A stretch of 64,000 nucleotides of DNA from Candidatus Anstonellales archaeon (GCA_038890745.1 JAWAFD010000005.1:1-64000); one strand, 5' to 3'. Positions 9,055-19,198 are shown, numbered from the stretch's first letter. Program-made: numbers and translations. Notes: generated from the letters alone by a model not told the origin.

Positions 9055-10261
9055 CCCTCTCTTCTATTCTCAACAGTTCATTATACTTTGCTGTCCTTTC
9101 GCCTCTTGCGGGCGCACCTGTCTTTATCATTCCGTATTCCTTTCCAACAACAAAATGGGAGATGAAAGTATCCTCTGTTTCACCGCTTCTATGGCTCACA
9201 ACAACATTCATCCCTCTTCTTCTCATCATTTCCGCAGCCTCTATCGCCTCTGTAACCGTTCCTATCTGATTCACTTTTAGGAGAAGGGCATTCATCGCAT
9301 TTTTTTCCAAAGCAATCTTTATTCTCTTAGGGTTTGTAACAACCAAATCATCACCAACAATCTGCACACCTTTTCCAATTTTCCTATTCAGCTCAGCAAA
9401 TCCCTCAAAATCCTCTTCGTAAAAAGGGTCTTCTATGCTTTTTATGGGATAGGTTTTTACAAGCTCGATGTACATTTCAAGCAGTTCCTCTCGGTCTATT
9501 GCTTTTCCATCTATTTTGTATTTTCCGTTTTCGTAAAAGCTCGTTGCCGCAGAATCTATTGCAATGAAAACCTTGTTTGGATAACCGGTTTCTTCTATCG
9601 CTCCAACCAAAATCTCAAAAGCCTCCCTTACCTCTTTCATGTTCGGTGCAAACCCCCCCTCATCCCCAACATTTCTTGCGCTCTTTCCATATTTCTTGAC
9701 GAGATTGTTTCTAAGCTGCTGATAGATTTCGCTTGCTGCCTGCATCGCCTCAGCAAATGATTTTACGCTTGCCGGGAACAGCATAAACTCCTGAATGGAT
9801 AAATTGTTTCCTGCATGCCCCCCTCCGTTTATAACATTCAACATCGGAATGGGAAGAAGTTTCCCTCCCAGATGCTCAAAAACCTCTTTTCCTTCAGAGC
9901 AAGCCGCTGCTTTCAGCACAGCCATGGAGGTCGCAACGATTGCGTTCGCGCCTAATCTGGATTTGTTTTCTGTCCCATCGAGCTCTATCATCTTTCTATC
10001 TATCTCCTCCTGCTCGCCAACATCCATTCCTTTTAATGCAGGTCCGATTATTCTGTTTACGCTCTCTATTGCTTTTTTCACCCCTTTTCCATGCCATTCC
10101 TTTCCTCCGTCTCTAAGCTCTATTGCCTCATGTGCTCCCTTTGAAGCACCGGATGGGGCTGCTGCCCTTCCAAAACCTTTTTTTGTTTTTACATCCACTT
10201 CTACTGTTGGGTTTCCTCTTGAATCCAAAATCATCCTTGCTTTTATGCTTTCTATTTTCAT
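9023..10261 (-). CDS. eno: Enolase
   Basis: ILDSRGNPTVEVDV, PSGAS, GDEGGFAP, LLKVNQIGTVTE, SHRSGETED. Confidence 0.98.
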   Translation of the reverse strand: MKIESIKARMILDSRGNPTVEVDVKTKKGFGRAAAPSGASKGAHEAIELRDGGKEWHGKGVKKAIESVNRIIGPALKGMDVGEQEEIDRKMIELDGTENKSRLGANAIVATSMAVLKAAACSEGKEVFEHLGGKLLPIPMLNVINGGGHAGNNLSIQEFMLFPASVKSFAEAMQAASEIYQQLRNNLVKKYGKSARNVGDEGGFAPNMKEVREAFEILVGAIEETGYPNKVFIAIDSAATSFYENGKYKIDGKAIDREELLEMYIELVKTYPIKSIEDPFYEEDFEGFAELNRKIGKGVQIVGDDLVVTNPKRIKIALEKNAMNALLLKVNQIGTVTEAIEAAEMMRRRGMNVVVSHRSGETEDTFISHFVVGKEYGMIKTGAPARGERTAKYNELLRIEERVGGKYARFKL

Positions 10262-10324
10262 AATAACACCAATGAGGATTGAATTAAAAGGTTTAAAATT
10301 GTTTAGCTACCCCGACCCACCGTA

Positions 10325-10374
10325 AAATAGTCGCATTTTAGACCAATTTTATTAAATTTTGGAACTTTTTGCGA
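10325..10374. repeat. Palindromic direct repeat R1, copy at the ATPase 3' end
   Basis: 49/50 identical to 11588-11637; inverted arms TCGCA/TGCGA and CCAA/TTGG; contains the stop codon. Confidence 0.9.
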
Positions 10375-11560
10375 CCAAAAGCGGGATCAGCTGGTGCTCC
10401 TTTATAACAATCCCCTTAGGGAATTCCCTAAGCTGCATCCTTCCTTTTTCCTCTCCTCCTATTTCTACTACTACTCTCTCCCCTCCCCTTTCTATTATAT
10501 AATCTGGTGATTTCTTCTCACCCTTAATCGTATGGACCAGCCATCCTCGCTCCGAAAGACCAAAAACAGCAAGCTCCTCTCTAACCGCTCCTATTTCAGG
10601 TTGTTTCCCAAGCTGCTTGCAGATAGCATACCTCATATTTGGATGGAAAAAAAGAAGCTTAGGCTCTGCACGCACAAGAGACGCACCCCTTCTGTACGGC
10701 CTGATTACACGGATTATTTCCATTCCAGCAAGCGCATCCACTATCTCGTACACCACAGTCTTAGAAACATGCAAACTAGAAGAGAGTGAGGTAATGCTAA
10801 GCTCCCCTGGCTTTGAGGTAGCGAGAAAATTGAGCAGGTTTTCCATAGCAAAAACTTTCTCTTTTGACATTTTAAGAAAGAAAACCGCATCCTCTCTTAT
10901 AGATTTCCTTATGGAGTTGTAGATCGCATCCAATGCTTTTTCCTCATCCATATCAAGGGAAAGAGGAAACCCGCCAATCCGCGCGTAGGGTTGAAGGTTG
11001 ATCGCAGCTTCATTATTTGCTGCAATAAACTCCATCGCCCTCTCCCCATCCATCCATTCCTCACCCGCATAAATACTTTTTCCGGTTTTAAGTAGTATCC
11101 ACTCCCCCATGTCCATCTCATGGAGGCATATGAGCTCTTCTCTTCTTTCAGGAACGAATGCAAGAGGAGCACTCCCGCTCGCAACTATCCATATGGATGG
11201 GAATTCATCATGCAATGCTTTTATCTCCTCTCTCCATTTTGGATATGTATGAACCTCATCCATGAAAAGAAGTACAAATCCATTCTTTATCGCTGTCTTT
11301 GCTATGCTGTATATCCCATACCTCTTCACCACTGGATTATCGGTTGAAAAGTAGATAGACCTTTCTTTATTTTCACCAAACGCATGAAGCATGGCTGTTG
11401 TTTTTCCAACCCCTCTAAACCCCCTAAGAAGCTTAATCCTTGGCTTTTTTTTCAGAGAGGAAAGAATGGTGTGCACAACATCTCTTCTCTTAAACTCCTT
11501 CACGGAATTGTACAATGAGAGTGCGATCACCCTCAACTCAGTTATATCCAACTCCTCCAT
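10352..11560 (-). CDS. AAA+ ATPase, AAA_14/DUF4143 type
   Basis: GFRGVGKTT, FMDEVH, ASGS, GGFP, C-terminal PD...VEIGG nuclease-like domain; start MEELD at 11560 preferred. Confidence 0.85.
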   Translation of the reverse strand: MEELDITELRVIALSLYNSVKEFKRRDVVHTILSSLKKKPRIKLLRGFRGVGKTTAMLHAFGENKERSIYFSTDNPVVKRYGIYSIAKTAIKNGFVLLFMDEVHTYPKWREEIKALHDEFPSIWIVASGSAPLAFVPERREELICLHEMDMGEWILLKTGKSIYAGEEWMDGERAMEFIAANNEAAINLQPYARIGGFPLSLDMDEEKALDAIYNSIRKSIREDAVFFLKMSKEKVFAMENLLNFLATSKPGELSITSLSSSLHVSKTVVYEIVDALAGMEIIRVIRPYRRGASLVRAEPKLLFFHPNMRYAICKQLGKQPEIGAVREELAVFGLSERGWLVHTIKGEKKSPDYIIERGGERVVVEIGGEEKGRMQLREFPKGIVIKEHQLIPLLVAKSSKI

Positions 11561-11587
11561 AGGATGATTTTGAGACAAAAGTTTTTT

Positions 11588-11637
11588 AAATAGTCGCATT
11601 TTAGACCAATTTTTTTAAATTTTGGAACTTTTTGCGA
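11588..11637. repeat. Palindromic direct repeat R1, copy upstream of the ATPase
   Basis: 49/50 identical to 10325-10374. Confidence 0.9.
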
Positions 11638-11671
11638 ACATTACGCAGAAAACACATGGGGTAGAAAAAAG

Positions 11672-11723
11672 TGTTCAAAAAACCGACCAAAAATAGCTAA
11701 AAATGGTCGGAAGTCTGAACAAA
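11672..11723. repeat. Palindromic direct repeat R2, copy upstream of the second ATPase
   Basis: 52-bp identity with 12936-12987; TGTTCA..CCGACCA..TAGCTA..TGGTCGG..TGAACA. Confidence 0.9.
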
Positions 11724-11754
11724 CTTTAAAAAACCTTCGCTGCCCAGTATAATC

Positions 11755-12960
11755 ATGGTAGAGCTAGATAGACTGTACAGGATTGCTCTGGAAAACGCTG
11801 CAGCCGTTAGTACATACAGGAAAAGATTTGCATATGAAAAACTTAAGGAATTAGTAATAAAAAGAAAGTCTGGCAAGTTCCCTATCGTACTACTCTCTGG
11901 AATTAGAGGTGTTGGGAAAACAACATTGATGCTTCAGCTGTTCAGTGAAATGAATGGAGCTTTTTACTTCTCAGCCGATTCTATATTAGTAAAAACCTCA
12001 ACGATATACGCCATTGTTGAACAAGCATACAGGGAGGGGTATGACCCAATATTCATAGACGAGATACATAGGTACCCAAGATGGATCGAAGAATCAAAGA
12101 ACATTTATGATGATTTCGGCATCCGCGTTATCGCCTCTGGATCTTCTACAGCAGCGATTAAAAAAGGGGGCATACTCCTTGGAAGACGGGCTGTTGATTT
12201 TCAACTCCCCCTTCTAACCTTTGGGGAGTTTTTCTATCTACGGGAAAATGAGAGGTACTCAGCAACGATGGACGAGGTCGTGAACAAAAAGTCAGCGATC
12301 AGATGGCTGGCAGCGCATCCAAAGGTGGATAGATACTACAAGAACTATTTCTCTACCGGTGGGTTTCCCATGACCGTAAGCGAGAAAGGGGCGATCTTCA
12401 AACTTATTAAACGCATGATATATGAGGATGCCCTCGCAGAGTTCAGCCTTACTAAGAATAAAGTAGATGTTGCAGAACGTCTTTTGGGTTTTCTCTCACT
12501 CTCGAAGCCCGGAGAATTCAGCTACACCTCATTTTCTTCTATGAGCGGTTATGCAAAATCCACAGTGTATGAAACAATCAGCATGCTAAAAGAACTTGAA
12601 ATCTTGCGAAGCATTGAGGAAAAAACACCAAAATCCGAAGCAAAGGGAACGATGAAGCTGCTCTTTTCCCATCCTAACCTGAGAAGTGCTTTTGCAGAAC
12701 AATTGATGAAAGAACCTGAATTCGGAGCGCTCAGGGAGGAATACTTCCTTTTCCACATGGCAAGCTTGGGCCATCCTATTTTTATTCCAAAAAAAATGAA
12801 GAAGAATCCGGATTACATAGTAAAACTAGAAGATAGCACACTGATTTTTGAAATTGGTGGCGGTTCAAAAACAGCTGAGCAGTTGGGTAAAAAAGGAGTA
12901 GTGATGGATGACAATAGCCTAATGGTATTGGGATTTGTTCAAAAAACCGACCAAAAATAG
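11755..12960 (+). CDS. AAA+ ATPase, AAA_14/DUF4143 type
   Basis: GIRGVGKTT, FIDEIH, ASGSS, GGFP, NPDY..FEIGG; paralogue of the divergent neighbour. Confidence 0.88.
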   Translation: MVELDRLYRIALENAAAVSTYRKRFAYEKLKELVIKRKSGKFPIVLLSGIRGVGKTTLMLQLFSEMNGAFYFSADSILVKTSTIYAIVEQAYREGYDPIFIDEIHRYPRWIEESKNIYDDFGIRVIASGSSTAAIKKGGILLGRRAVDFQLPLLTFGEFFYLRENERYSATMDEVVNKKSAIRWLAAHPKVDRYYKNYFSTGGFPMTVSEKGAIFKLIKRMIYEDALAEFSLTKNKVDVAERLLGFLSLSKPGEFSYTSFSSMSGYAKSTVYETISMLKELEILRSIEEKTPKSEAKGTMKLLFSHPNLRSAFAEQLMKEPEFGALREEYFLFHMASLGHPIFIPKKMKKNPDYIVKLEDSTLIFEIGGGSKTAEQLGKKGVVMDDNSLMVLGFVQKTDQK

Positions 12961-12987
12961 CTAAAAATGGTCGGAAGTCTGAACAAA
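12936..12987. repeat. Palindromic direct repeat R2, copy at the ATPase 3' end
   Basis: Identical to 11672-11723; contains the TAG stop at 12958-12960. Confidence 0.9.
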
Positions 12988-13017
12988 TAGGTATAACGCA
13001 TCCCCGCAATCACGCTC

Positions 13018-13325
13018 GCGGAACCCAGGGGAGGTCGTAGGAGGTTTTCTTTTGGCGACCTCCCCCATGTTCTACGATACTCCCCACCCCCTCCGCAATC
13101 ACGCTCGCATACGCTCGCTTGGGGATAGGTTTTTAAGCACTTAGGAGGATATTATAGTATATGGTGATAGGTGTAAAAGAGAGGAAGGATAAGGAAGTTA
13201 AGTTTTCTGATAAAATTAGAAGGAATTTTGAGAGGTTTAAGGATAAGGTTGAGGGATTGGGGAAGAAGGCAATTATTTTAGGTGGAGTTGGGATTGGAGT
13301 AGGTCTAGGGTGTGCGAGTGATGGA
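13018..13325 (+). repeat. J1 repeat copy 1 (hairpin, ACGCTCGC repeats, B promoter and B leader coding sequence)
   Basis: Near-identical to 17638-17945 (offset 4620); 13088-13319 is also repeated at 15021-15252. Confidence 0.95.
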
Positions 13326-13667
13326 GTTAGTCCAAAACAGTACACACTAGATCAGGTTCAAAGTGGACGGATAACGATTGATGAATTTGTAGAAAACATG
13401 GACCTGTACAGTTTGTGTTACACAAAAGAGGATTCAATAGCTATGGTGGCTATTTTCTGGTGGAAAACAACTGGAAGTAAAGATCCATTAATTTGGGAAA
13501 AATTAATAAGAGGGGAGAATGTAGATTATGAAAGAACTTATCCTCCAAGTGGTCCACCACCTTTTAACGTTAGCAGAGATGATTTGTACGGTTTAAGGGT
13601 AGCTACGTCACCGTATGTAGATACTCTAATTCAACGCGCAAAAGACGGTGCTCCTCTTATTAAATAA
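13161..13667 (+). CDS. B1: exported or lipoprotein-like variable partner protein, convergent with cassette C5
   Basis: Leader MVIGVKERK...AIILGGVGIGVGLGC identical to B2 and B4; variable body with TKEDSI motif. Confidence 0.85.
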   Translation: MVIGVKERKDKEVKFSDKIRRNFERFKDKVEGLGKKAIILGGVGIGVGLGCASDGVSPKQYTLDQVQSGRITIDEFVENMDLYSLCYTKEDSIAMVAIFWWKTTGSKDPLIWEKLIRGENVDYERTYPPSGPPPFNVSRDDLYGLRVATSPYVDTLIQRAKDGAPLIK

Positions 13668-13670
13668 GGC

Positions 13671-14351
13671 TCATTTACCTTCCTTGAATTGTTCTTTTAA
13701 TGCATTCAACTCTTCTCCAGCTTGTTTTTTCAGTTCTGGAACTGCCACCACTCCTCCAGCATAGCCTATAAGTATGTTCATTTTTATTGCAGATTTATCG
13801 TACTTAAATAAATTCAACTTATTTGAGCTTTGAGAAAAAGTTTTCCCATATTCTGACAATTGTCCTGATTCCATAGAGGACAACATTACTGACCAGGCCC
13901 TTATTCCATATTTCTCATCAAGTTGCTGTTTTACTTGAGGGTCAGTAGAGTATTGTTGTATTAAATCGTCAGCTTTTTGTAGTGCTAGTTCAGTACTTTC
14001 TCCTTTGGAAATAAAATCATCAGCAATAGAAGTACGTAATCCCACCCCTATGTAATAAACTTCAGAAAACCCTGGGGTTTCTTGTTTGATTTTTTTTGTG
14101 AGCTTCTCCCCCGCCTCCGGATCTTTTCTTAAAATTTCTTCAATCTGTGTTCTTTTATCCTCTTCACTCAATTCTTTATTTTCTAATATTGCTGCAATCT
14201 GTTCTGAAACTGTTGCCGCTCTCTCATACAAACTTATTTGTTCTCTTTTCCATTCCTCAAACTGTTTTTCATTAGGAAGTTTTCCTTTCCATTTAGTTAG
14301 ATAAGCAGCATATAAGCTTCTTTCTATTTCTGTTGCTGGCATTAGTTCTGA
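13671..14351 (-). pseudogene. C5: 5'-truncated alternative C-terminus cassette of gene A (C1 subtype)
   Basis: 14215-14351 is near-identical to 20188-20324 (SELMPATEIERSLYAAYLTKW...YERAA), then an open divergent C-terminus; 5' end abuts the TA module region. Confidence 0.85.
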
Positions 14352-14439
14352 ATTACATTCAATATATGGAGAAAAGGAGGCCCATTCATTAGGCGAAATA
14401 TTTTTAAGGTTAGGATGAGTATATATCAAAGGTGAAAAC

Positions 14440-14646
14440 GTGGAGACTATTACTGTGAACGTAAATTTGCTTAAGGAAATGTACAAAAGAATACTTAGAA
14501 TAGAGGAAGAGATAAAGGAAATTAAGTACGCGGTTGTCGAGATAGAAGAAGTATCAGAGAGGGAGATTAAACAACTCGAAAAAAGAAAGAAAGAAGCATT
14601 AAAAGGAATGGGAATCCCACTCAACAAAGCATTAGAGGAATTTTGA
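14440..14646 (+). CDS. Putative antitoxin
   Basis: 68-aa ORF directly upstream of a RelE-type toxin; C-terminus GIPLNKALEEF. Confidence 0.7.
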   Translation: METITVNVNLLKEMYKRILRIEEEIKEIKYAVVEIEEVSEREIKQLEKRKKEALKGMGIPLNKALEEF

Positions 14647-14648
14647 AT

Positions 14649-14921
14649 ATGAGGGAATTCAGGATTATTATACACAAGCAGGTAATAAAGCAGCTTAGAA
14701 AGTTAGATGCACGCATAAGAAATAATGTAAAAAAGGTTCTGGTTCATCTACAGTATGACCCGGTACCTGCAAAGTCATATGATATAAAGAAACTTTCAAA
14801 AGGAGAAGGACATTACAGAATAAGAATAGGAAAATTTAGAGTTCTATATTGGGTTGATTTTACAAATTATCTGATTGTAGTAACGGATATCAAACGAAGG
14901 GACGAAACAACATACAAATAG
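14649..14921 (+). CDS. RelE/ParE family toxin
   Basis: KQLRKLD...DP...KKL..G..HYRIRIGKFRVLY...IVVTDIKRRDETTYK. Confidence 0.9.
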   Translation: MREFRIIIHKQVIKQLRKLDARIRNNVKKVLVHLQYDPVPAKSYDIKKLSKGEGHYRIRIGKFRVLYWVDFTNYLIVVTDIKRRDETTYK

Positions 14922-15020
14922 TGTACCAAACCCCTCTAAGATATCTAATGTGGGTTAAAGCAAAACTTAGGTTAGGTTAAATAATGTTCTAGATGATGTC
15001 TTCCGTGCTCTATGCTACTT

Positions 15021-15252
15021 CCCCTCCGCAATCACGCTCGCATACGCTCGCTTGGGGATAGGTTTTTAAGCACTTAGGAGGATATTATAGTATATGGTGA
15101 TAGGTGTAAAAGAGAGGAAGGATAAGGAAGTTAAGTTTTCTGATAAAATTAGGAGAAATTTTGAGAGGTTTAAGGATAAGGTTGAGGGATTGGGGAAGAA
15201 GGCAATTATTTTAGGTGGAGTCGGGATTGGAGTAGGTCTAGGGTGTGCGAGT
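15021..15252 (+). repeat. J1 repeat, partial copy
   Basis: Matches 13088-13319; preceded by a degenerate version of the upstream J1 sequence. Confidence 0.9.
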
Positions 15253-15552
15253 AAGGATGACAGTATTTATTCGTACTACAATGTTACGACTGCCGACTCA
15301 ATTAGCCTGGATGAATTTAGGCAGTATGTATATCGTGGAGCAGTAACAAGAGAGGACAGCCTACTCGGTCTAGGTAAGTTTATATGTGAAATATGGGGGT
15401 TCATACCAACTGAAGAAGAGTTCTTTAGTATGCCTATGTTGGAGTCTCAAAGAAAGTTTTTTGTATATATCATTGCGGAAAGAGACTATTACAAGTTATT
15501 AATAGAAGCGTTAGAAACGATTAAAAAAGAAGAAAAGTTAGAAAAAAAATAA
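15094..15552 (+). CDS. B2: variable partner protein, convergent with cassette C4
   Basis: Same 53-aa leader as B1 and B4; TREDSL motif. Confidence 0.85.
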   Translation: MVIGVKERKDKEVKFSDKIRRNFERFKDKVEGLGKKAIILGGVGIGVGLGCASKDDSIYSYYNVTTADSISLDEFRQYVYRGAVTREDSLLGLGKFICEIWGFIPTEEEFFSMPMLESQRKFFVYIIAERDYYKLLIEALETIKKEEKLEKK

Positions 15553-15574
15553 TTATTCTCTCATAAAGAAAAAA

Positions 15575-16431
15575 CTAAAATCCGCCAAGTAAAACATAGA
15601 GCTTCAAATCGCTTACATTTTCTGGTGGCTTAGACCACGCATCCTTATTTTTTGTTATCCTATCGAGAAATTGAGTTAGGTCACAACCTCCCTCTTTAAA
15701 TGCTTGGGTAAAACCTTGCGGGTCAAAGGTTTCTGGTTTTAAAAACGATGCAGCGTCATCCAATTTCCTCATTTTCTCTTCTTTTTCTTTTCCATCTGGA
15801 ACAAAAGAAAGTTCGCCCTGAGCTTTAGTTATATACTCACTCGCTAGCCCACTCAGCCCACGAAACGCTGCTATTTTGTCTTCATCACTCAATTCTTGAT
15901 AAGTAGTCCCTCCAGTTAAAACAGCATAGGCAAGTCGATACTCGTCCGCTCTTTTATCAAAGTAGCTCTGAACTTTTTTAAGTGCTTTTTCATCCCCTTT
16001 AAGTGCTTTATCAAGGGATTTTCTAAGTTCTATATCTTCCCCTGTAAGTTTTTTAGGATCTGCTCCAAGAGTAGCGCTTAGTATACTATACTCTTCTCTT
16101 TCCGCTCTATATTTCTCCGGATTCATATACGCATCCATCAATATTTTTCTCGCCTCTCTTAACTCTCCTTCGTTCATCCCTAAACTTATTACATCATCTC
16201 CAATCCGTATGTTTCCTTTCCAAGCAATTGATAAGGAAGCTATTATTTGAAGTGTATTTTGCGCCTCTTCATACGGTTTGGCTTTATCTATTGTTGCTTG
16301 GAGGTCTTGGTATTCTGGAGTTTCTTTCTCTACTGTAAATATTGCTTTTCTTGCTTCCTCGGCCTCTTTTAGAATATTTGGGTCAAAGGTTCTACTTAAT
16401 AAAAATGCTTGGTTTGTTTGCTCAGTTATTT
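15575..16431 (-). pseudogene. C4: 5'-truncated alternative C-terminus cassette of gene A
   Basis: 16120-16431 matches gene A 21748-22059; in-frame TAA and no ATG upstream of the homology block; divergent open C-terminus. Confidence 0.9.
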
Positions 16432-16494
16432 TTAGGAGCAGGTAGGGGATAGGTTTTTAACTATTTCTTAGCATATTATAATTAGTGTATTAGT

Positions 16495-17076
16495 ATGATA
16501 GTAGATGGAAAAACGAGAGAGTTTGGATTTACCAAGAAATTTAGGGAATTTGCTAGAAACTTAGGATTTAAAGGAAGGGATGTTTTGGTTGCTGGAATAA
16601 TCGGAACTGGAATTTTATCTGGCAAGGCTGGAGCCCAGCAGGCAGATTCTTTAGTTATAGATACAAGCTCTGTTCATATAGATTCTACTTATATAGACTG
16701 GAGTAAACCAAGGTTTATGGGATTGACTTATGGTTATTATTATGATTGGTTTAAAGTAACAGGAGTGGCTGCTTATCGTCTTTATATGGAATATGGTATG
16801 AGCTATTCTGATGCGTTAACGTGGCTCGATAGTGTTCAAACAGCAGGGTCAATCAAGACTTTCCCATATAACCAACCCCAAACAAGAGAGGATACAATTA
16901 AAACGATAATTGATTATTTTAAGTTGCACTACAATTTATTCCCCAAGAGTGATACTGAACTTGAATGGTACATAAAAACTCACCCAAATAAGGCTGAGCA
17001 GATAAAAACAGATTGGTACATAATACGAAATAGTCCTTATTGGCCTTATCTGGTAGAAGTTGGAAGCAAAAGATAA
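16495..17076 (+). CDS. B3: variable partner protein with signal peptide, convergent with cassette C3
   Basis: Shared promoter block at 16445-16460; charged n-region then VLVAGIIGTGILSGKAGA; TREDTI motif; overlaps the C3 3' end by 31 nt. Confidence 0.8.
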   Translation: MIVDGKTREFGFTKKFREFARNLGFKGRDVLVAGIIGTGILSGKAGAQQADSLVIDTSSVHIDSTYIDWSKPRFMGLTYGYYYDWFKVTGVAAYRLYMEYGMSYSDALTWLDSVQTAGSIKTFPYNQPQTREDTIKTIIDYFKLHYNLFPKSDTELEWYIKTHPNKAEQIKTDWYIIRNSPYWPYLVEVGSKR

Positions 17077-17637
17077 ATAGCAAGCGAATTTCTATTTAAA
17101 TTTTCCAAGATATTTGTTGCGGATTGTAAAGATTTCTGTTTTCCCTTAGCGCCCTCTACAGCAGTTTGGTAATACTTTTCAGAAAGTTTTTCTAATTGTT
17201 TTTTTTCTTCGTCACTATATTGTTCTGTTTTAAAGAATAATAATAGTGCAATTTTAGCATCATCTTTTTCAAAGTTACCTCCACTAGCAATAACAAAACC
17301 AAGTATATCCCGACCCCGTTGCAACCTATCCTCCTCACTCATTGTAGATGGGTCTTGTTGAATAAATTCAAGAGTAGTAGTTACATTATTCAATCTTGTA
17401 TTATTATAGCTACTCAATTCAGCTATCAATTCCTTCATAGCTTTTTTATCTCCTTTAAGTGCTCTTTCTGTGAGAGTTAACAATTCTTCATCTTGGGTTG
17501 TTAATTCTTCTGGTTTTTTAATACGAACCTCTGTTATTAATGAAATAGCTTCTCTTTCCGCTCTATATTTCTCCGGATTCATATACGCATCCATCAATAT
17601 TTTTCTCGCCTCTCTTAACTCTCCTTCGTTCATCCCT
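17046..17637 (-). pseudogene. C3: alternative C-terminus cassette of gene A with short homology block
   Basis: Begins GMNEGELREARKILMDAYMNPEKYRAERE as in C4; homology stops at 17637 where J1 begins. Confidence 0.85.
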
Positions 17638-17945
17638 GCGGAACCCAGGGGAGGTCGTAGGAGGTTTTCTTTTGGCGACCTCCCCCATGTTCTACGATAC
17701 TCCCCACCCCCTCCGCAATCACGCTCGCATACGCTCGCTTGGGGATAGGTTTTTAAGCACTTAGGAGGATATTATAGTATATGGTGATAGGTGTAAAAGA
17801 GAGGAAGGATAAGGAAGTTAAGTTTTCTGATAAAATTAGGAGAAATTTTGAGAGGTTTAAGGATAAGGTTGAGGGATTGGGGAAGAAGGCAATTATTTTA
17901 GGTGGAGTTGGGATTGGAGTAGGTCTAGGGTGTGCGAGTGATGGA
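17638..17945 (+). repeat. J1 repeat copy 2
   Basis: Near-identical to 13018-13325. Confidence 0.95.
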
Positions 17946-18296
17946 ATTAGAACATACAATATAGGTAGTAGAACATACTATATCTTATCTACTTCTGAGA
18001 TCGAAAAAATGAGCATAGATGAATTAAGGGCCCATATTTATAAGGGTGCAACGACAAGAGACGATAGTATAACTTGTCTAGCCATGTATATGGCTGCAAG
18101 ATGGGGATCCATAATAGGGCATATACCGTTTGCTGATGAGTGGGGACGGATAATTCCAGAACCTACTCTTGAAGAACTACTGATAATAATGGGGGACGGA
18201 GCTGGAAACGACCAACCACCATACTACATTACAATACTCCTTGGATTATACGGTAGAACAAGTAGCGACGGTAGAACAGAGTTGGTTCCCAAATAA
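17781..18296 (+). CDS. B4: variable partner protein, convergent with cassette C2
   Basis: Same leader as B1 and B2; TRDDSI motif. Confidence 0.85.
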   Translation: MVIGVKERKDKEVKFSDKIRRNFERFKDKVEGLGKKAIILGGVGIGVGLGCASDGIRTYNIGSRTYYILSTSEIEKMSIDELRAHIYKGATTRDDSITCLAMYMAARWGSIIGHIPFADEWGRIIPEPTLEELLIIMGDGAGNDQPPYYITILLGLYGRTSSDGRTELVPK

Positions 18297-18336
18297 AAAA
18301 CAAATAAAGTAAAACTTTATTAATAACTATGTATGT

Positions 18337-19145
18337 CTAATATGCACACAGGATTCGAATTTTTAATTCCTTCAAACTTTTTGGTGGGCTAGAGTAGACA
18401 TCTCTAATGTCTCTTCTCTCGCTAGCAAAAGTAGCTTGGTCAACTCCAATGTCTCCTAATACTTTTGTAAAGTCTTGTAGGTTAAAAGTTTCTATGTTCA
18501 TCAAGTAGGGATATAATGTGGATATTTTATGCAACAGGTATGGTTCGAATTCGCCTCCTACATACAAACCGCGTAGTGTTGTTTTTTTGTCTTCTTCATC
18601 TAGATTTTGATAGTCAACATTTCCAGTTAAAACATTATAAGCAAGGTCATAGTCATGTGCTTTTTCTCTAAAGTAGTTCTGAAGTTCTCTGAGTGCTTTT
18701 TCATCTCCGTTAATTGCTCTATCAAGATCTCTTCTAAGCTTGATGTCTTTTTCATCTGTAAGTTTCTCAGGATCTGCTGTAAGTGTAATAGCCAATAATC
18801 CATATACTGTTTTTTCTGCCTTATATTTCTCCGGATTCATATACGCATCCATCAATATTTTTCTCGCCTCTCTTAACTCTCCTTCGTTCATCCCTAAACT
18901 TATTACATCATCTCCAATCCGTATGTTTCCTTTCCAAGCAATTGATAAGGAAGCTATTATTTGAAGTGTATTTTGCGCCTCTTCATACGGTTTGGCTTTA
19001 TCTATTGTTGCTTGGAGGTCTTGGTATTCTGGAGTTCCTTGCTGCACTGTAGGAAGTTGTTTTTTTGCTTCATTAGCGGCCTCTATAATTTTTGGGTCAA
19101 AGGTTCTACTTAATAAAAATGCTTGGTTTGTTTGCTCAGTTATTT
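18337..19145 (-). pseudogene. C2: 5'-truncated alternative C-terminus cassette of gene A
   Basis: 18834-19145 matches gene A 21748-22059; no upstream start codon; divergent C-terminus related to C4. Confidence 0.9.
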
Positions 19146-19198
19146 TTAGGAGCAGGTAGGGGATAGGTTTTTAACTATTTCTTAGCATATTATGGTAT

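Noticed and set aside
14352..14675. N-terminal part of the 334-aa minus-strand ORF 13671-14675
   Set aside because: Antisense to the antitoxin gene; cassette homology begins only at 14351.
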